Shown here: piece by piece, positions 25,480 through 37,449 of the stretch | Position numbering within the stretch: position 1 is the first letter of the stretch | How the letters are laid out: every line of letters starts with the position of its first letter | Origin: Mobula hypostoma | Lineage: Eukaryota | NCBI RefSeq assembly: GCF_963921235.1 | Contig: NC_086109.1 | Coordinates: forward strand, 18,788,001-18,852,000 | Length of the DNA stretch: 64,000 nucleotides | Direction of reading: 5' to 3' | Program-made: the position numbers and the translations under genes | The notes under the pieces: model-generated | The model's input: the letters and a program-made list of their open reading frames with translations, nothing else | What the model was told of the DNA's origin: nothing | Database searches by the model: none

Positions 25480-25795
25480 CGGTGTTCAGCCCCTTGAATA
25501 TCAAAAAAGCATGTTTACTGTTCTAAATAAGTACATAAACACGAGAAGTCCCTTGACGATATTATAAAGATGAACAGGGGATTATCTCATGACTGGGACA
25601 ATATTTATCTCTTACTGAAGGTCGTTAAAACTGATCATCTGGCCATTATCATGTTGGAGATTGTAGAACCTTACTGTGAACAACTTGGTGCTTTCCTATT
25701 TTACAATTTAATTTCACTTCAAAAGTACTTTATTAACTTTAAAGTGCTATGGGAGCCTCTAGGGTCATGATACATCGTTGCCTTTTTTCTTTATT
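25480..25795 (+). mobile_element. Deu-domain SINE remnant
   Basis: ACAATATTTATCTC...TCTGGCCATTATCA...CACTTCAAAAGTACTT...AAAGTGCTATGGGA. Confidence 0.6.
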
Positions 25796-26693
25796 ATTTT
25801 AATATCTCCCCCCATCTGCAGTATCTGTTAGTTCAACCCTGCTCAAATTTTCACTCTTATCCCAAGGAAGGTTCATGCAGTTGGATATTGTGTGTGGAAT
25901 GAATAATAACACAATATCACATTAGTCAATTAATGCTGCAGTTTGAACTCATAAAGTTGTGGCTGGGAGGTAAGAAATTCACCAGTGAATCAAGCTGAGC
26001 AACCCGGCCCAAATCCCAAAGGATTCGCTTAGGAATGTTTTCAGTGATCTCCCTTAAAGGAATGTTTTCATTTGATTGGGTGCCAGTTTCACAGATTAAA
26101 AAATAATTATTTTAATTTATGTTAACTTGTTTGTCCTCAGCTTGTGATGTACTGCGATGCAAAAGGCTAATTTTCATGGCATTTATATCCTGTGCATCAA
26201 CGTCCATAACAACAATAAAGGTTCAAGATTCAAGTTTATTTATCACGGGTACATCTGGACAGAAAGTTAAATGTGCCATTTGTGTTAATAAAACCAACAT
26301 ACCCGAGGGTATGCTGGGGGCATCTCTCAAGTGTCACCCACATATTCCACAGCCAACATAGCTTCCCCTCAATGCTCAGCAGAAAAACACAGAACACAAC
26401 AAACAACAAAATAATACACTAGGCGTATCAGAGAGGAGTAGAAGTAGAATATTAATAGAACTATTGTGGTCTATGTAATTGATGAATAATCGAACTCAGT
26501 GAAAAACACACCAAACTCCTACACCTATAAAGCACCCTTATATCCACTTTCAGAACAGTGACTGTGTACCTTGCTCCCCCTTATCAATTAACTCATGAGG
26601 TTTGCCTGTTGAACAACAACTTGTATTCATATAATGGCGCTAGAATGTTCCCATCAGCTCCCGAAAGCATATTCAGTAAGCAATTAGCATTAA

Positions 26694-27033
26694 TGTGGTG
26701 TATTTAATATTTCAGTAATATTTGAAGAAGGGACTGGGCCCGAAACGTCGACAGTTTATTCATTTCCATAAATGCTGAGTTCCTCCAGCAATCTGTGTGT
26801 CTTAATCTTGTGTATATATATATATATATATATAGTTTGACTAAGCATTCTTGTTTTGTTTAAATAATTCATTACGGGTTATATGGAAAAATACGTGAGT
26901 GCATACATTATCATGCTACCATGTGTCCTGTGTGCGCCTCGCTTGAAGCGAAAGACAAAGTCGGACTCGCTTTTGTCAACCCTCTTGTTTTCCTTTGCAT
27001 TAATTTAATGTTTTGAAGTTACAAAACATAACA
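26694..27033 (+). mobile_element. Solo-LTR-like repeat containing a Penelope-end fragment (26722-26801) and a (TA)n tract
   Basis: TGT...ACA termini; second copy at 9151-9390; no TSD seen. Confidence 0.55.
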
Positions 27034-27434
27034 GGGACATGGACAACAAGGCTTGATCTAGAGCTAAGCTTTAAAGAGCAAGGAGGAGAACAGTGTAGAG
27101 GCTGCAGTAATGAATTCCAGATTTTAGGGTCTAAGCACCTGAAGGTGAGGTAAATATTCCTGGAACATTGTTAAAATGAGCAGATATTCAACAAGGTAAG
27201 CAAACTGCTGAAGACATTTTTCAGTATTGGGTTGGAAGTTGCAATGCGTCACTGTTCATGGGATGTAAAGGTTCCATTATTCTGGTGTACAATTCTGTAA
27301 ACAAACAGAGAGCATCAATTATTCAACAACCGGTCAATGAAAGCCTCAAGGTAACAAGATGTCAGGATTCAACAATTGCAGCACTTGCTTTTGTATATCT
27401 TTAAACGAGTTTAGACATCACTGCTCCAGTTGTA

Positions 27435-27810
27435 AGTGCATGAGACATAGGAGAAAAATTAGTCCATTCAGCCCATCATGGCTGACTTATTACCCCTCTT
27501 AACCCCATCCTCCTGCTTCTTCCCGTAACTTTTGACACTCTTACTAATCAAGAACTTATCAGCCTCCAGTTTAAATATACCCAATGATTTGGCCTCCATA
27601 GCAATCCATTGCAATGAATTCCACAGATTCACTATCCACTGGCTCAAGAAATTCCTCCTCATCTCTGTTCTCGAGGGACATCCTTGTATTCTGAAGCTGT
27701 GCCTTCTGGTCCTACACTCCCCCAGTATAGGGAACAACTTCTCCATGTCCAGTGCATCTCGGCCTTTCAATATTTGATAGGTTTTAATAAGATCTCCCTT
27801 CATTCTTCTT
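27435..27810 (-). mobile_element. CR1 LINE 3' fragment
   Basis: MKGDLIKTYQIL...RNFLSQWIVNLWNSL. Confidence 0.85.
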
Positions 27811-28289
27811 GTGAGTTAAGTAATCAAAGGCTGCTTGCCTTTACTACAAACTATGTTTCTAATGCAGGTTACACTACAGTTTGTGAAATATCAAATTCAG
27901 AGTGATGTGATGAGACTTTAAGGTTTCCTCAAGGTGTCAGACGTTGAGGAACTGAGTTAAAAGACTGTAGGTTTAAAACCTATTCCAGGGACTTTTAAGT
28001 TGGCATATTCTCCAATACTGGGGGGATTGTTAACTTTCCAGAGGTGTTGTCATTCAGTGCAATTGCAACTGAGGCCTGAATCATGCTCTTTGCTGGATGA
28101 AACCAAAAAGAACTGAGTAACAAGCCCATAAACTTTAATTGAGCTAACCTTGGGATCTTTCACAATTTGGCTAGTCACACTAGCGACCCAATGTCAGGTG
28201 CATAGGTGTGGCTTTGGGAGGAGATGCAAGGATGGCAATCTACCGTCCTCAAGCCACCTGATATCCCCAAAACTTCAGTCAGTTTTGGA

Positions 28290-28446
28290 CAACACACACA
28301 AAATGCTGGAGGAACTCAGCAGGCCAGGCAGCATGTATGGAAATAAAGTTTTTTTTCCATAGATGCTGCCTGGCCTGCTGAGTTCCTCTAGCATTTTGTG
28401 TGTGTTGCTCGGATTTCCAGCACCTACAGATTTTCCTTTGTCTGTG
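28290..28446 (+). mobile_element. Penelope-derived fold-back element with 13-bp TSD
   Basis: 54-bp inverted arms 28290-28343 / 28354-28407 with 2 mismatches; AGTCAGTTTTGGA at 28277-28289 and 28447-28459. Confidence 0.9.
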
Positions 28447-28669
28447 AGTCAGTTTTGGAGATTCCTTGGCTCATTCATTCCTGGAAACATTTGCTGTTCG
28501 GCCTATTTACTAAATGCTGGCTTGTCTTTAGTCCACAGCATCAATATTGCTCATCTTAATAAAAAAAAGTAAGTGCTTGTATTCATATAGTCCCTTACAC
28601 AACCCCAGAATCTCTCAGTGGAGCTGGTAACTGTTGAAGTACTTTTCAAAGCTGTTTTATAATGAAGGA

Positions 28670-30420
28670 TTATATAAAAAATAAAGCTAGAGGTTAAAGT
28701 GTAGATATAGAATCTACAGTGCAGTACAGTGATTGAGGTGTCTGGGGGTTAACTAGAATGGTTGATCAGATTAATTGTCTGGGGGAAGAAGCTTTGAAGG
28801 TGATGTAAAATCTTTGTTTTCGTAGCCCTAGAGCACTTTCCAGAAGGGAACTCTGGGAAAAGACAGTTCAAAGTTTAAATAAATTTACTATCTAAGTAAA
28901 TATATGTCACTATATACAATGCTGAGATTTATTTTCTTGTGAGCATACTCAATGAATCCATAATAGAATAATAACAATAACAGAATCAATGAAAGATCAC
29001 GTCAACTTGGGCATTCAACGAGAGTGCCAAAGACAATGAACCGTGCAAACACAAAAAGAAAGAAATAATAATAATAAATAAAGAAGCAATAAATATTGAG
29101 AACATGAGCTGAAGAGTCCTTGAAAGTGAGCCCATAGGTTGTGGGAACAGTTCAGTAATGGGGCAAGTGAAGTTGAGTGGATTTATATCCTTTGGTTCAA
29201 AAGCCTGGTGGTTGAGGGGTAATAATTGTTCCTGAACCTGGTGATGTGAGTTCTGAGGATCCTGTACCTTCTTCCTGATGGCAACAGCCAGTAGAGAGCA
29301 TGACCTGGGTGGCAGGGGTCCCTGATGATTGATGCTGCTTTCCTATGAAGCGTTTCATGTTGAAGCGCTCAACGTTTGGGAAGGCTTTACCCGTGATGGA
29401 CTGGGCCATATCCACCTATGGACTTATGTTGCGAAATGACCTGTATGGATGACATGCAAGGCAAAGTTTTTTGCTATGTGTTGGTACGTGTGACAATAAT
29501 AAACTAGTTACCAATTAACAATAGTCTGAACTGTTCACTTGCTTTCTATGTCATTACAGTGTACCGGATCCTTTAGCATTCCTTCCACATTTATTGAATC
29601 GAGCAGGTGAGCCTTTTACTGCAGCCGAGCCCAGGTCCAAATGCGAGGCACGGCACGCAGTTTGGACAATTGAAATGCCAGCTCAGATAGACTGGAACGA
29701 CAGGGTGTCAAATCAGAGGTGAGAGACAATTTTGCTCGCTCTCCCGCCATGGCACAAATAATTTGAAAACTGCCTCGGCTGCTGTGCTCTGTACCTACTA
29801 ATATGATGAACTGATATTGAGGCCTTGGGCCTACTCTGGGGTTCCGATCTAAGGACTCATTTTGGTCAGTGTAGATGTGCTCAATGGTGATGGACTGGGC
29901 CATGTCCACTACTTTTTGTAAGATTTGCCGTTCAAGATTTTCCATACCAGGCTGTGATGTAGCCAGTCAATATACTCTGCACTGCACATCTATACAAGTT
30001 TGTCAAAGTTTTTAATGTCATGCCGGATCTCTGCAAACTCCTAAGGAAGTAAAGATGCTCCAGTGCTTTTTTCATAATTGCACTTACATGCTGGGCCCAG
30101 GACATGCTCTTTGAAATGGTAACACTGAGGAAGTTAAAATTTAAAACTGAGGATTGCTTCACAGATCTTTGGATTCCTCCTCCTAAAGTCAATAATCAGC
30201 TCATTAGCCTTGCTGACATTGAGCATGAGTTTGTTGGATGGTAGTGTCTGCAATGCTTTGTCCTGTCCGCCTCTTTGTTCTGGGCACATACAAGTTTCGC
30301 AGTGATGGTAGACTACACCCAGTGACGTTCTCTGCTGATCTGACAGTTCGCTTTAGCTTTTGCATATTGTGAGGTGATGCTGCACCGAACCAGACAGCAA
30401 AAGCCGATGTAGGAATAGAT
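28670..30420 (-). mobile_element. Cluster of Rex1/Babar-type fragments
   Basis: NFLSVTISKSMSWAQHVSAIMKKALEHLYFLRSL...YRCAVQSILTGYITAWYG (29932-30192); AVWFGAA...LKRTVRSAENVTG (30204-30400); 3' UTR at 28863-29415. Confidence 0.8.
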
Positions 30421-30974
30421 AGTGTAGGAAACTCAGCCTGAGGGTGAGCCATTGAGAATGAGGAGTGAGGAATTGGCACTGAAAATCAGCTGAGGCCTGG
30501 GACAGAACAGTCGTAATCATAATGAATGGTGAGGTTAGGTTTGAGGGACCGAGTGGCCTACCCCTCCTTCAACTTACATCGTGCTCTTTTGAAAACAAGC
30601 TTCCACAGTTTTCATTTTAAATTTCTTTTTATACAGTACGTGATATGTCAACACATAACCTTGACCTGACTGGCTTGTTGAGCTGAACAACTAAGGGTCT
30701 GAGCTCTGCTGCTGTTCTGAGGTCATGTGTGAGTCAGATTAGCGCAGTACATCTCCTCTCCTGAATGCAAGTTAACTAGCTGGGTTCTCACAACAGTACA
30801 GAATGATTTTGTTCCTTTTACTGTAACTTCCAGATTCTTTCTATTTAATTACTTGAATTTCAATCGGGACTTGAATTCATGTCTTTAGATTAGTTTAATT
30901 TGGTTTCATCGTCTGCACAGTCATTGTGGGTTGAAGGTCTCATTCCTGTGCTGTACTGTTCTCAGTTTGACATA

Positions 30975-31115
30975 TATTCTGCATTCTTTGTTCAGTATTT
31001 TGTATTCGATGTTCTGCATTCTGTATGGTGTATTCTGTATTGTGCATTATGTATTCTGCATTTTGTAATTTGGCATTGCGTGTTGCCTATTGTGTGTTGT
31101 GTGGTCTGCATTCTT
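30975..31115 (+). repeat. Degenerate heptamer tract (TATTCTG/CATTCTG) following a CR1 3' end
   Basis: Roughly 7-nt periodicity; preceded by CR1 3' UTR remnant TGTGGGTTGAAGG...CCTGTGCTGTACTGTTCT. Confidence 0.55.
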
Positions 31116-31765
31116 CTAGGTCTCTGGAAACTACTTCCATAATTTAAATTATAAATACTACCTACCTATCCAACCCACTGCCATTTGCTGTGGTCTCAAT
31201 GTAACATTTCACCTTGCACTAAACACCCAGCCGCTGCCACGTCACCAGTACAAGGGTGTGTACAAAGCAAGCTAATACTAGATTAAAAAAAATAATAATC
31301 CCCTTTTTATTGTGCCTAGCCAACAGGAAGAATAACCTTTTGTGCTTAAAAAAAATCCATTATATATAATGTGATAAACGTTTGGATTAATCCACCAAGC
31401 AAGGGTGAAAACTCCAAGCCACTCAAAGAGGCAATTATTTATCAGACGCACTGTTGGGAGAGTTAATGTACCAGGCATGGGCTTCCAGAGAACTGCTCTT
31501 TTATTCTTATCCCTCACTACCTCTATACTGATGAAATGAAGTGATAGGGGATTTTATTTCCTTGAATAATACAAGAGAAACAATACATTGCTTATCGACT
31601 CCAGGCAATGATGTGCTCTTACATATTGTTCTATTCATTATACATATTAAAGTTAGAATAGAATATGTTCATTTGGCTGCAGGAAATAGCACATCCTTTA
31701 TAAAATAGAGTAATAGTGAGAAAAACGATCAAATTTATTCTGGAGAATAGAACACCATATATATA

Positions 31766-32322
31766 CATGCAATGGCCACTTTATTAGGTACATCTGTACA
31801 CCTACTTGTTAATGCAAATATCTAACTAACCAATCACGTGGCAGCAACTCAATGCTTAAAAGCCTGCAGACGTGGGCAGGAGGTTTAGTTGTTGTTCAGA
31901 CCAAACATAAGAACGGGGAAGAAACGTGATCTAAGTGACTTTGACTGTTGATGCCAGGTGGGGTGGTTGAGTATCTCAGACACTGCTGATCTCCCGGGAT
32001 TTTCACTCACAACTGCCTCTAGAGTTTACAGAGGATGATGCGAAAAACAAAAAAATGAAAAATACAGTTAGTGGCAGTTCTGTAGACGGATATGTCTTGT
32101 TAATATAGGTCAGGGGAGAGTGGACAGACTGGCTCAAACTGACAGGAGGTGGCAGTAACTCAAATAACCATGTGTTCAACAGTGCAGAAGAGCAGGTCTG
32201 AACCACAATACTTCATACCTTGAAGTGAATGGGCTACAGCAGCAGAGGACCATGGACATACACCCTGTGGCTACTTTATTAGATACAGGAGGTATAGTAC
32301 CAAATAAAGTGGTCATTGTTTG
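31766..32322 (+). mobile_element. Non-autonomous Tc1/mariner element (family A), opposite orientation
   Basis: TGGCCACTTTATTAGGTACA start, AATAAAGTGGTCA end, TA flanks; reverse complement of 7754-8275. Confidence 0.8.
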
Positions 32323-32362
32323 TATATATGAGTGGGATACTTTCCAACTGGCGTATACAGTA

Positions 32363-32548
32363 GAATATACCATGGCCACGTATACTATACTGATATTAAC
32401 AGACAGAAAAAATATCATCATTACACAGATTACATTTGCGTTTATCAATGTTTGTGAATATACCATGGCCACGTATACTATACTGATATTAACAGACAGA
32501 AAAAATATCATCATTACACAGATTACATTTGCGTTTATCAATGTTTGT
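32363..32548. repeat. Exact tandem duplication, 2 x 93 bp
   Basis: 32363-32455 is identical to 32456-32548. Confidence 0.97.
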
Positions 32549-32633
32549 TAAGGGACACTTCATTCACTGTTGAGGAGTGTGTCTACCTCCAGCTTTTCCT
32601 GGCTCCATACTTAACTGATCACTGTGGACACTG

Positions 32634-33218
32634 ATAGAAACATAGAAACATAGAAAATAGGTGCAGGAGTAAGCCATTCGGCCCTTCGAGCCTGCACCGC
32701 CATTTATTATGATCATGGCTGATCATCCAACTCAGAACCCCGCCCCAGCCTTCCCTCCATACCCCCTGATCCCCGTAGCCACAAGGGCCATATCTAACTC
32801 CCTCTTAAATATAGCCAATGAACTGGCCTCAACTGTTTCCTGTGGCAGAGAATTCCACAGATTCACCACTCTCTGTGTGAAGAAGTTTTTCCTAATCTCG
32901 GTCCTAAAAGGCTTCCCCTTTATCCTCAAACTGTGACCCCTTGTTCTGGACTTCCCCAACATTGGGAACAATCTTCCTGCATCTAGCCTGTCCAATGCCT
33001 TTAGGATTTTATACGTTTCAATCAGATCCCCCCTCAATCTTCTAAATTCCAACGAGTACAAGCCCAGTTCATCCAGTCTTTCTTCATATGAAAGTCCTGC
33101 CATCCCAGGAATCAATCTGGTGAACCTTCTTTGTACTCCCTCTATGGCAAGGATGTCTTTCCTCAGATTAGGGGACCAAAACTGCACACAATACTCCAGG
33201 TGTGGTCTCACCAAGGCC
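32634..33218 (-). mobile_element. Young CR1 3' fragment with open ORF2 C-terminus
   Basis: ALVRPHLEYCVQFWSP...GYGGKAG uninterrupted; (CATAGAAA)n tail. Confidence 0.93.
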
Positions 33219-33361
33219 ACTCTGTGGTCCACTGACTGGATTACGGTTCTGGGTCTACCTTCATCAAGAACAGCAGTATGGAAGTTCATGTTACTGGAAA
33301 CAACAATACACCAACTAATATGTCATTCCATCATGATAGTCTGAGAAAGCAAAATCTGCAG

Positions 33362-33530
33362 TACTGTGCAAAGGTCTTAGGCACATATATATAGCTAGTC
33401 TGCCTACGACTTTTGGACAGTACTGTATGTCTTTCCAGTTACCAAACAACACATAATACCACTGAGTGAATACAAAGCTAAGCACTCTTATTTCTGCTTC
33501 CCAACCGCCTATTTTAACCAATATACAGTG
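33362..33530. mobile_element. TA-flanked MITE (family B), partial
   Basis: TACTGTGCAAAGGTCTTAGGCA...TGCCTACGACTTTTGGACAGTA palindromic unit plus a spacer inverted relative to 35320-35438. Confidence 0.7.
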
Positions 33531-33887
33531 CTGTAGAATTTGTTAAACTCTCAGGAGAAAAGACTGACATCATTTTAAGAAACCATGAAGCTGCTGGTGT
33601 GTTGTTGAAAGAAAACTCAAACTGATCTGCTCATATGCTCTTAACGGAAGTAACATGCCATTTTTAGCTGGTCTGGTGGATAGGTAAATACAATCGCAAA
33701 TCAATGTGCTTACCGCATTGCTCTCCGGAAGGTGATCTACCTGGTCACACCGTTGTTCCAAGCTAGATGAACAAATCAAGGATGGACAGTTAGAAACAGA
33801 ATGAACAAAGGGCCAAGTGATCACTCAAACTTATACTATGAGACTGTGGCCGATCATTCCTCCTACTTCCCCAGATAAACCACATTC

Positions 33888-34146
33888 GGGCCAACACGGT
33901 AGCATAGCCATTAATGTAGCCCAATTACAGAACCAGAGACCCAGGTGCAATTCCGCCACTGTCGGTAAGGAGTTTGTACGCTCCCCCCGTGGCTGCATGG
34001 GTTTCCTCCAGGTACCTCAATGCCCTCCCACATTCCAAAGTCATAGAGGTTAGTAGGTTAACTGGTCACATGTGTGTAGTTGGGTGGCGCTGGCTCATTG
34101 GGTCGGAAGAACCTGTTACTGTTCCGTAGCTGTAAATAAAAAATAA
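33888..34146 (+). mobile_element. V-SINE-like SINE
   Basis: Same head and core as 13303-13552; AATAAA-rich tail. Confidence 0.75.
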
Positions 34147-34810
34147 ATCTTCTGTATCCCATAATCTATCAAAATAAATGTAAAATCCAAGTATATTAGT
34201 CAGGGTGAGGTGATAGAGGATAGGATTCTTGCCAAGTGAAGAAGGGGAGCTGAACAGCGAAAGTGAGTAATTAGTTTACATGACAGTCTACCTAGTCCGA
34301 AACTAAGTTGTCAAGATCAAGTGTTCCTAATGATATTCTTGCTGAGAATATTGTGGTACAATCTGCCAAAAGGAGCAGTGCACAAGAAGTGACTTCACCT
34401 CAGTCATCCCTGAGGTAGAAATTACGTCAATGGCCCACACAAGTGACTCATGTTTGGAACTGTCAGCCCGGTTTCCAGAATGATCCAGAATGATGCACAA
34501 TGACCTGGGGATGGTTGGTATTGCGTTTCGCTCAGAAATATGCATTACATCAGTTTCACACTTGCAAAATGCTGAAGGAGAAAGATTGCGAAATTAAATT
34601 TCAAGGTGAAGATGACGCTATCAAGTATTACATATCATAAAATAATGCAAAGTGTAATTGATCCTGGAATAGGCTCATTTGCCCAATGGGTCTATACTGA
34701 CTGTTCATGTAAAACTCTTTCCACTTCTCTTCACAAAATGCTGGAGGAATTCAGCAGGTTCGGCAGCAACTATGGAGAGGAATAAAGAGTCAACATTTCA
34801 GGCCGTGACT

Positions 34811-35058
34811 GTTAAGTGAAGAGAGGTGGAAATCATAAACTTAAGAGAATCTGAAGATGCTGGAAATCTTAAGGAGCACACACAAAATGCTGGAGGAACA
34901 TGGCAGGTCAGGCAGTATCTGTGGAGAGGAATAAACATTCCTCTCCACAGATTCTGCCTGACCTGCTGTGTTCCTCCAGCATTTTGTGTGTGTTCCTTAA
35001 GATTTCCAGCATCTTCAGATTCTCTTAAGTTTATGATTTCCACCTCTCTTCATTTAAC
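34811..35058. repeat. 248-bp near-perfect palindrome (122-bp arms, 4-nt loop), largely Penelope-end derived
   Basis: 34811-34932 pairs with 34937-35058; 5 mismatches counted by eye. Confidence 0.95.
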
Positions 35059-35242
35059 TCTATCATAATCTTATCCAGATTCCTCTTAAATGGTTCTAAA
35101 AGTATTCTCAGCTAATACAAGAGGGAACAGGCTTCACTTTCACATTTCAACCACTTTTCGGCTAAAGAAATCGCTAATGATTTTGCTGTAGGATTCATGT
35201 TAACCTCACAGCTATTTGTTTCGGTATTGCTCTCAAGTAATG

Positions 35243-35604
35243 TACTGAGCAAAGTCTTAGGCACTTACTGCATATATAGCTAGGGTGCCATATATATGTG
35301 CTATATATATTTGTACAGTACTCTATATTGGTTAAAATAAGAAGGTGATTGGGAAACAGAAATAAGAGTACTTAGCTTTGTAATTCGCTCAGTAATATTA
35401 AATGCTATTTGGTGACTGGAAAGACATAACATACAGTACTGAACAAAAGCCTGAGGTACCCTACCTATATATAAACAACAGGAATTCTGCAGATGCTGGA
35501 AATTCAAGCTTACATCAAAGTTGCTGGTGAACGCAGCAGGCCAGGCAGCATCTTCCTATAGATGCTGCTACCTATATATATGTGCCTAAGACTTTTGCAC
35601 AGTA
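35243..35604. mobile_element. TA-flanked MITE (family B) composite
   Basis: TACTGAGCAAAGTCTTAGGCAC ... GTGCCTAAGACTTTTGCACAGTA. Confidence 0.75.
35474..35567 (-). mobile_element. 94-bp Penelope terminal fragment with 13-bp TSD
   Basis: Reverse complement nearly identical to 50867-50944; CTACCTATATATA at 35461-35473 and 35568-35580. Confidence 0.9.
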
Positions 35605-36019
35605 CTATAGAGCACATTTAAGTACATCTCCCTGTTAACTCCTTCCATAATCTTTGAAATCCAAGCCAGGTGACTGTAATTGATTTTTTTAAAACATAAA
35701 ACACGGCCCTGTCTGTTCACTTAGTACTAATCCACAACAGGTACAAGTTACATTTAGCTGAACTGGAGACTTTCCAGGCTGTAAGTTACATGTTTTCACC
35801 AGGAAGTCATCTTGAGCAGATAGGTTTAAAGTGAGTGGGGAAAGATCTAAAAGTCACCTGAGGGGCAAATGTCTCCAAACACAGGGTGATACCTGTATGA
35901 AATGAACTGCCAGAGGAAGTGGTAGATGTTATAATCATAACATTTAGAAGTCATTTGGACCAGTGCATGGATAAGAAAGGATTAGATGTATACTGGCTAA
36001 ATGCAAGCAGAAGACCATT

Positions 36020-36705
36020 ATTAGATTATTGGATTATGAGGACACACAGTCCTCTTTTATTGTCATTTCTGGTATGCGTGCATTAAGAAATGATACAATG
36101 TTCCTCCAGAAAAATATCACAGAAACACAAGACAAACCAAGACTAAAAAAAACTGACAAAAACCACATAATTATAACATATAGTTACAACAGTGCAAAGC
36201 AATACCGTAATTTGATAAAGAACAGACCATGGGCACGGTAAAAAATGTCTCAAGATCTCTCAAGAGTCCCATCATCTCACGCAGATGGTAGAAGGAAGAA
36301 CAACTCTCCCTGCCATGAGCTTCCAGCGCCGCAAACTTGCTGATGCAGCACCCTGGAAGCACCCGACCACAGCCGACTCTTGAGTCCGTCCGAAAACTTC
36401 GAGCCTCCGACCAGCCATCTGACACCGAGCACCGAGCACCATCTCTGCCGAGCGCTTCGACCCTGGCTCCAGCAACAGACAATAGGCAAAGCTAAGGATT
36501 TGGGGCCTTCCCCTCCGGAGATTCTCAATCGCACAGTAGCAGCGGCAGCGAAGTGAGCATTTCAGAAGTGTCTTCAGATGTTCCTCCGTGTTTCTCACGT
36601 CTGTCTCCATCAAATCAGGACTGTGCACGGCAACCTACTTACAAATACGATATCATTCCAGAGCGGCCGCCGCGCTGCGTCGTGCTGCCGTCTTCTCCTC
36701 CCCTC
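36020..36705 (-). mobile_element. Non-autonomous LINE-like/SINE-like element with a GC-rich 5' end
   Basis: 5' GGAGAAGACGGCAGCACGACG; 3' end shared with 63352-63645; CCAT on both sides; lies between CR1 fragments 35770-36010 and 36706-36865. Confidence 0.6.
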
Positions 36706-37449
36706 CCCATGAGAGATAGGAGCAGAATTAGGTCATTTGGCCCAGTGAGTCTGCTCCACCATTTCATTATGGCTGATCCAATTTTCCTCTCAGCCCCAAT
36801 CTCCTGCCTTCTCCCCGTATCCCTTCATTCCCTGACTAAGCAAGAATCTATGGACCTCTGCCCTAAATGTGCAGCAGCCTTTTGGTTTTCTCTGAGCTCC
36901 GTTTCATAAATCACCACAATATCCGAACTGTCACAGAATGGAAGAAAGCCACTTGGTCCATTGAATCAGTAATGACTCTATGCAAGGGCGATCCCACCAT
37001 ACCACTGGCTTGTCATAATCTCGGAAAATTCCTTTCGGATACTTATCCATCTCCCTTTAGAGCAAAGAATTGGATCTGCCTCTAGGTCGTGCATTCCAGA
37101 TCCCAGCGACTCTCTGTGTAAAATAAGTACTTCCCCATTGCACTTCTACAAATGTTTCCTGCAGAGACTCAGACATTCTAGATAAAATCAGAAAATCCAG
37201 AGTTGATTTCATTCCAGTAAATTTTTCTTTTTGAGTTCTTTCTGATGTTTGTCATGCCTTCGAACGGCATGGAGAGCAGAAATATTGAGATTTCTCCACG
37301 TGTGTGTGAACTCCATGGGATACAAGGACAATGGTGCTGGATATTTGGACAAAAACATTGGATGAGTTTCATAGGAAACTGATTGGCTGAGATGGATTTT
37401 GGCTCTGAAAACCATTCTCTAATGTTCTGTAATACATGTGATTCAAGCA

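Noticed and set aside
32176..32551. ORFs with an internal repeated hydrophobic peptide
   Set aside because: Caused by the in-frame 93-bp tandem duplication; no domain resemblance
32621..33235. Long TSD around the young CR1 fragment (CTGTGGACACTGA vs CTGTGGTCCACTGA)
   Set aside because: Imperfect and offset from the junction, which is inconsistent with the youth of the insert
34798..35068. Two near-identical ~80-aa ORFs on opposite strands
   Set aside because: By-product of the palindrome; non-AUG starts and repeat-derived sequence
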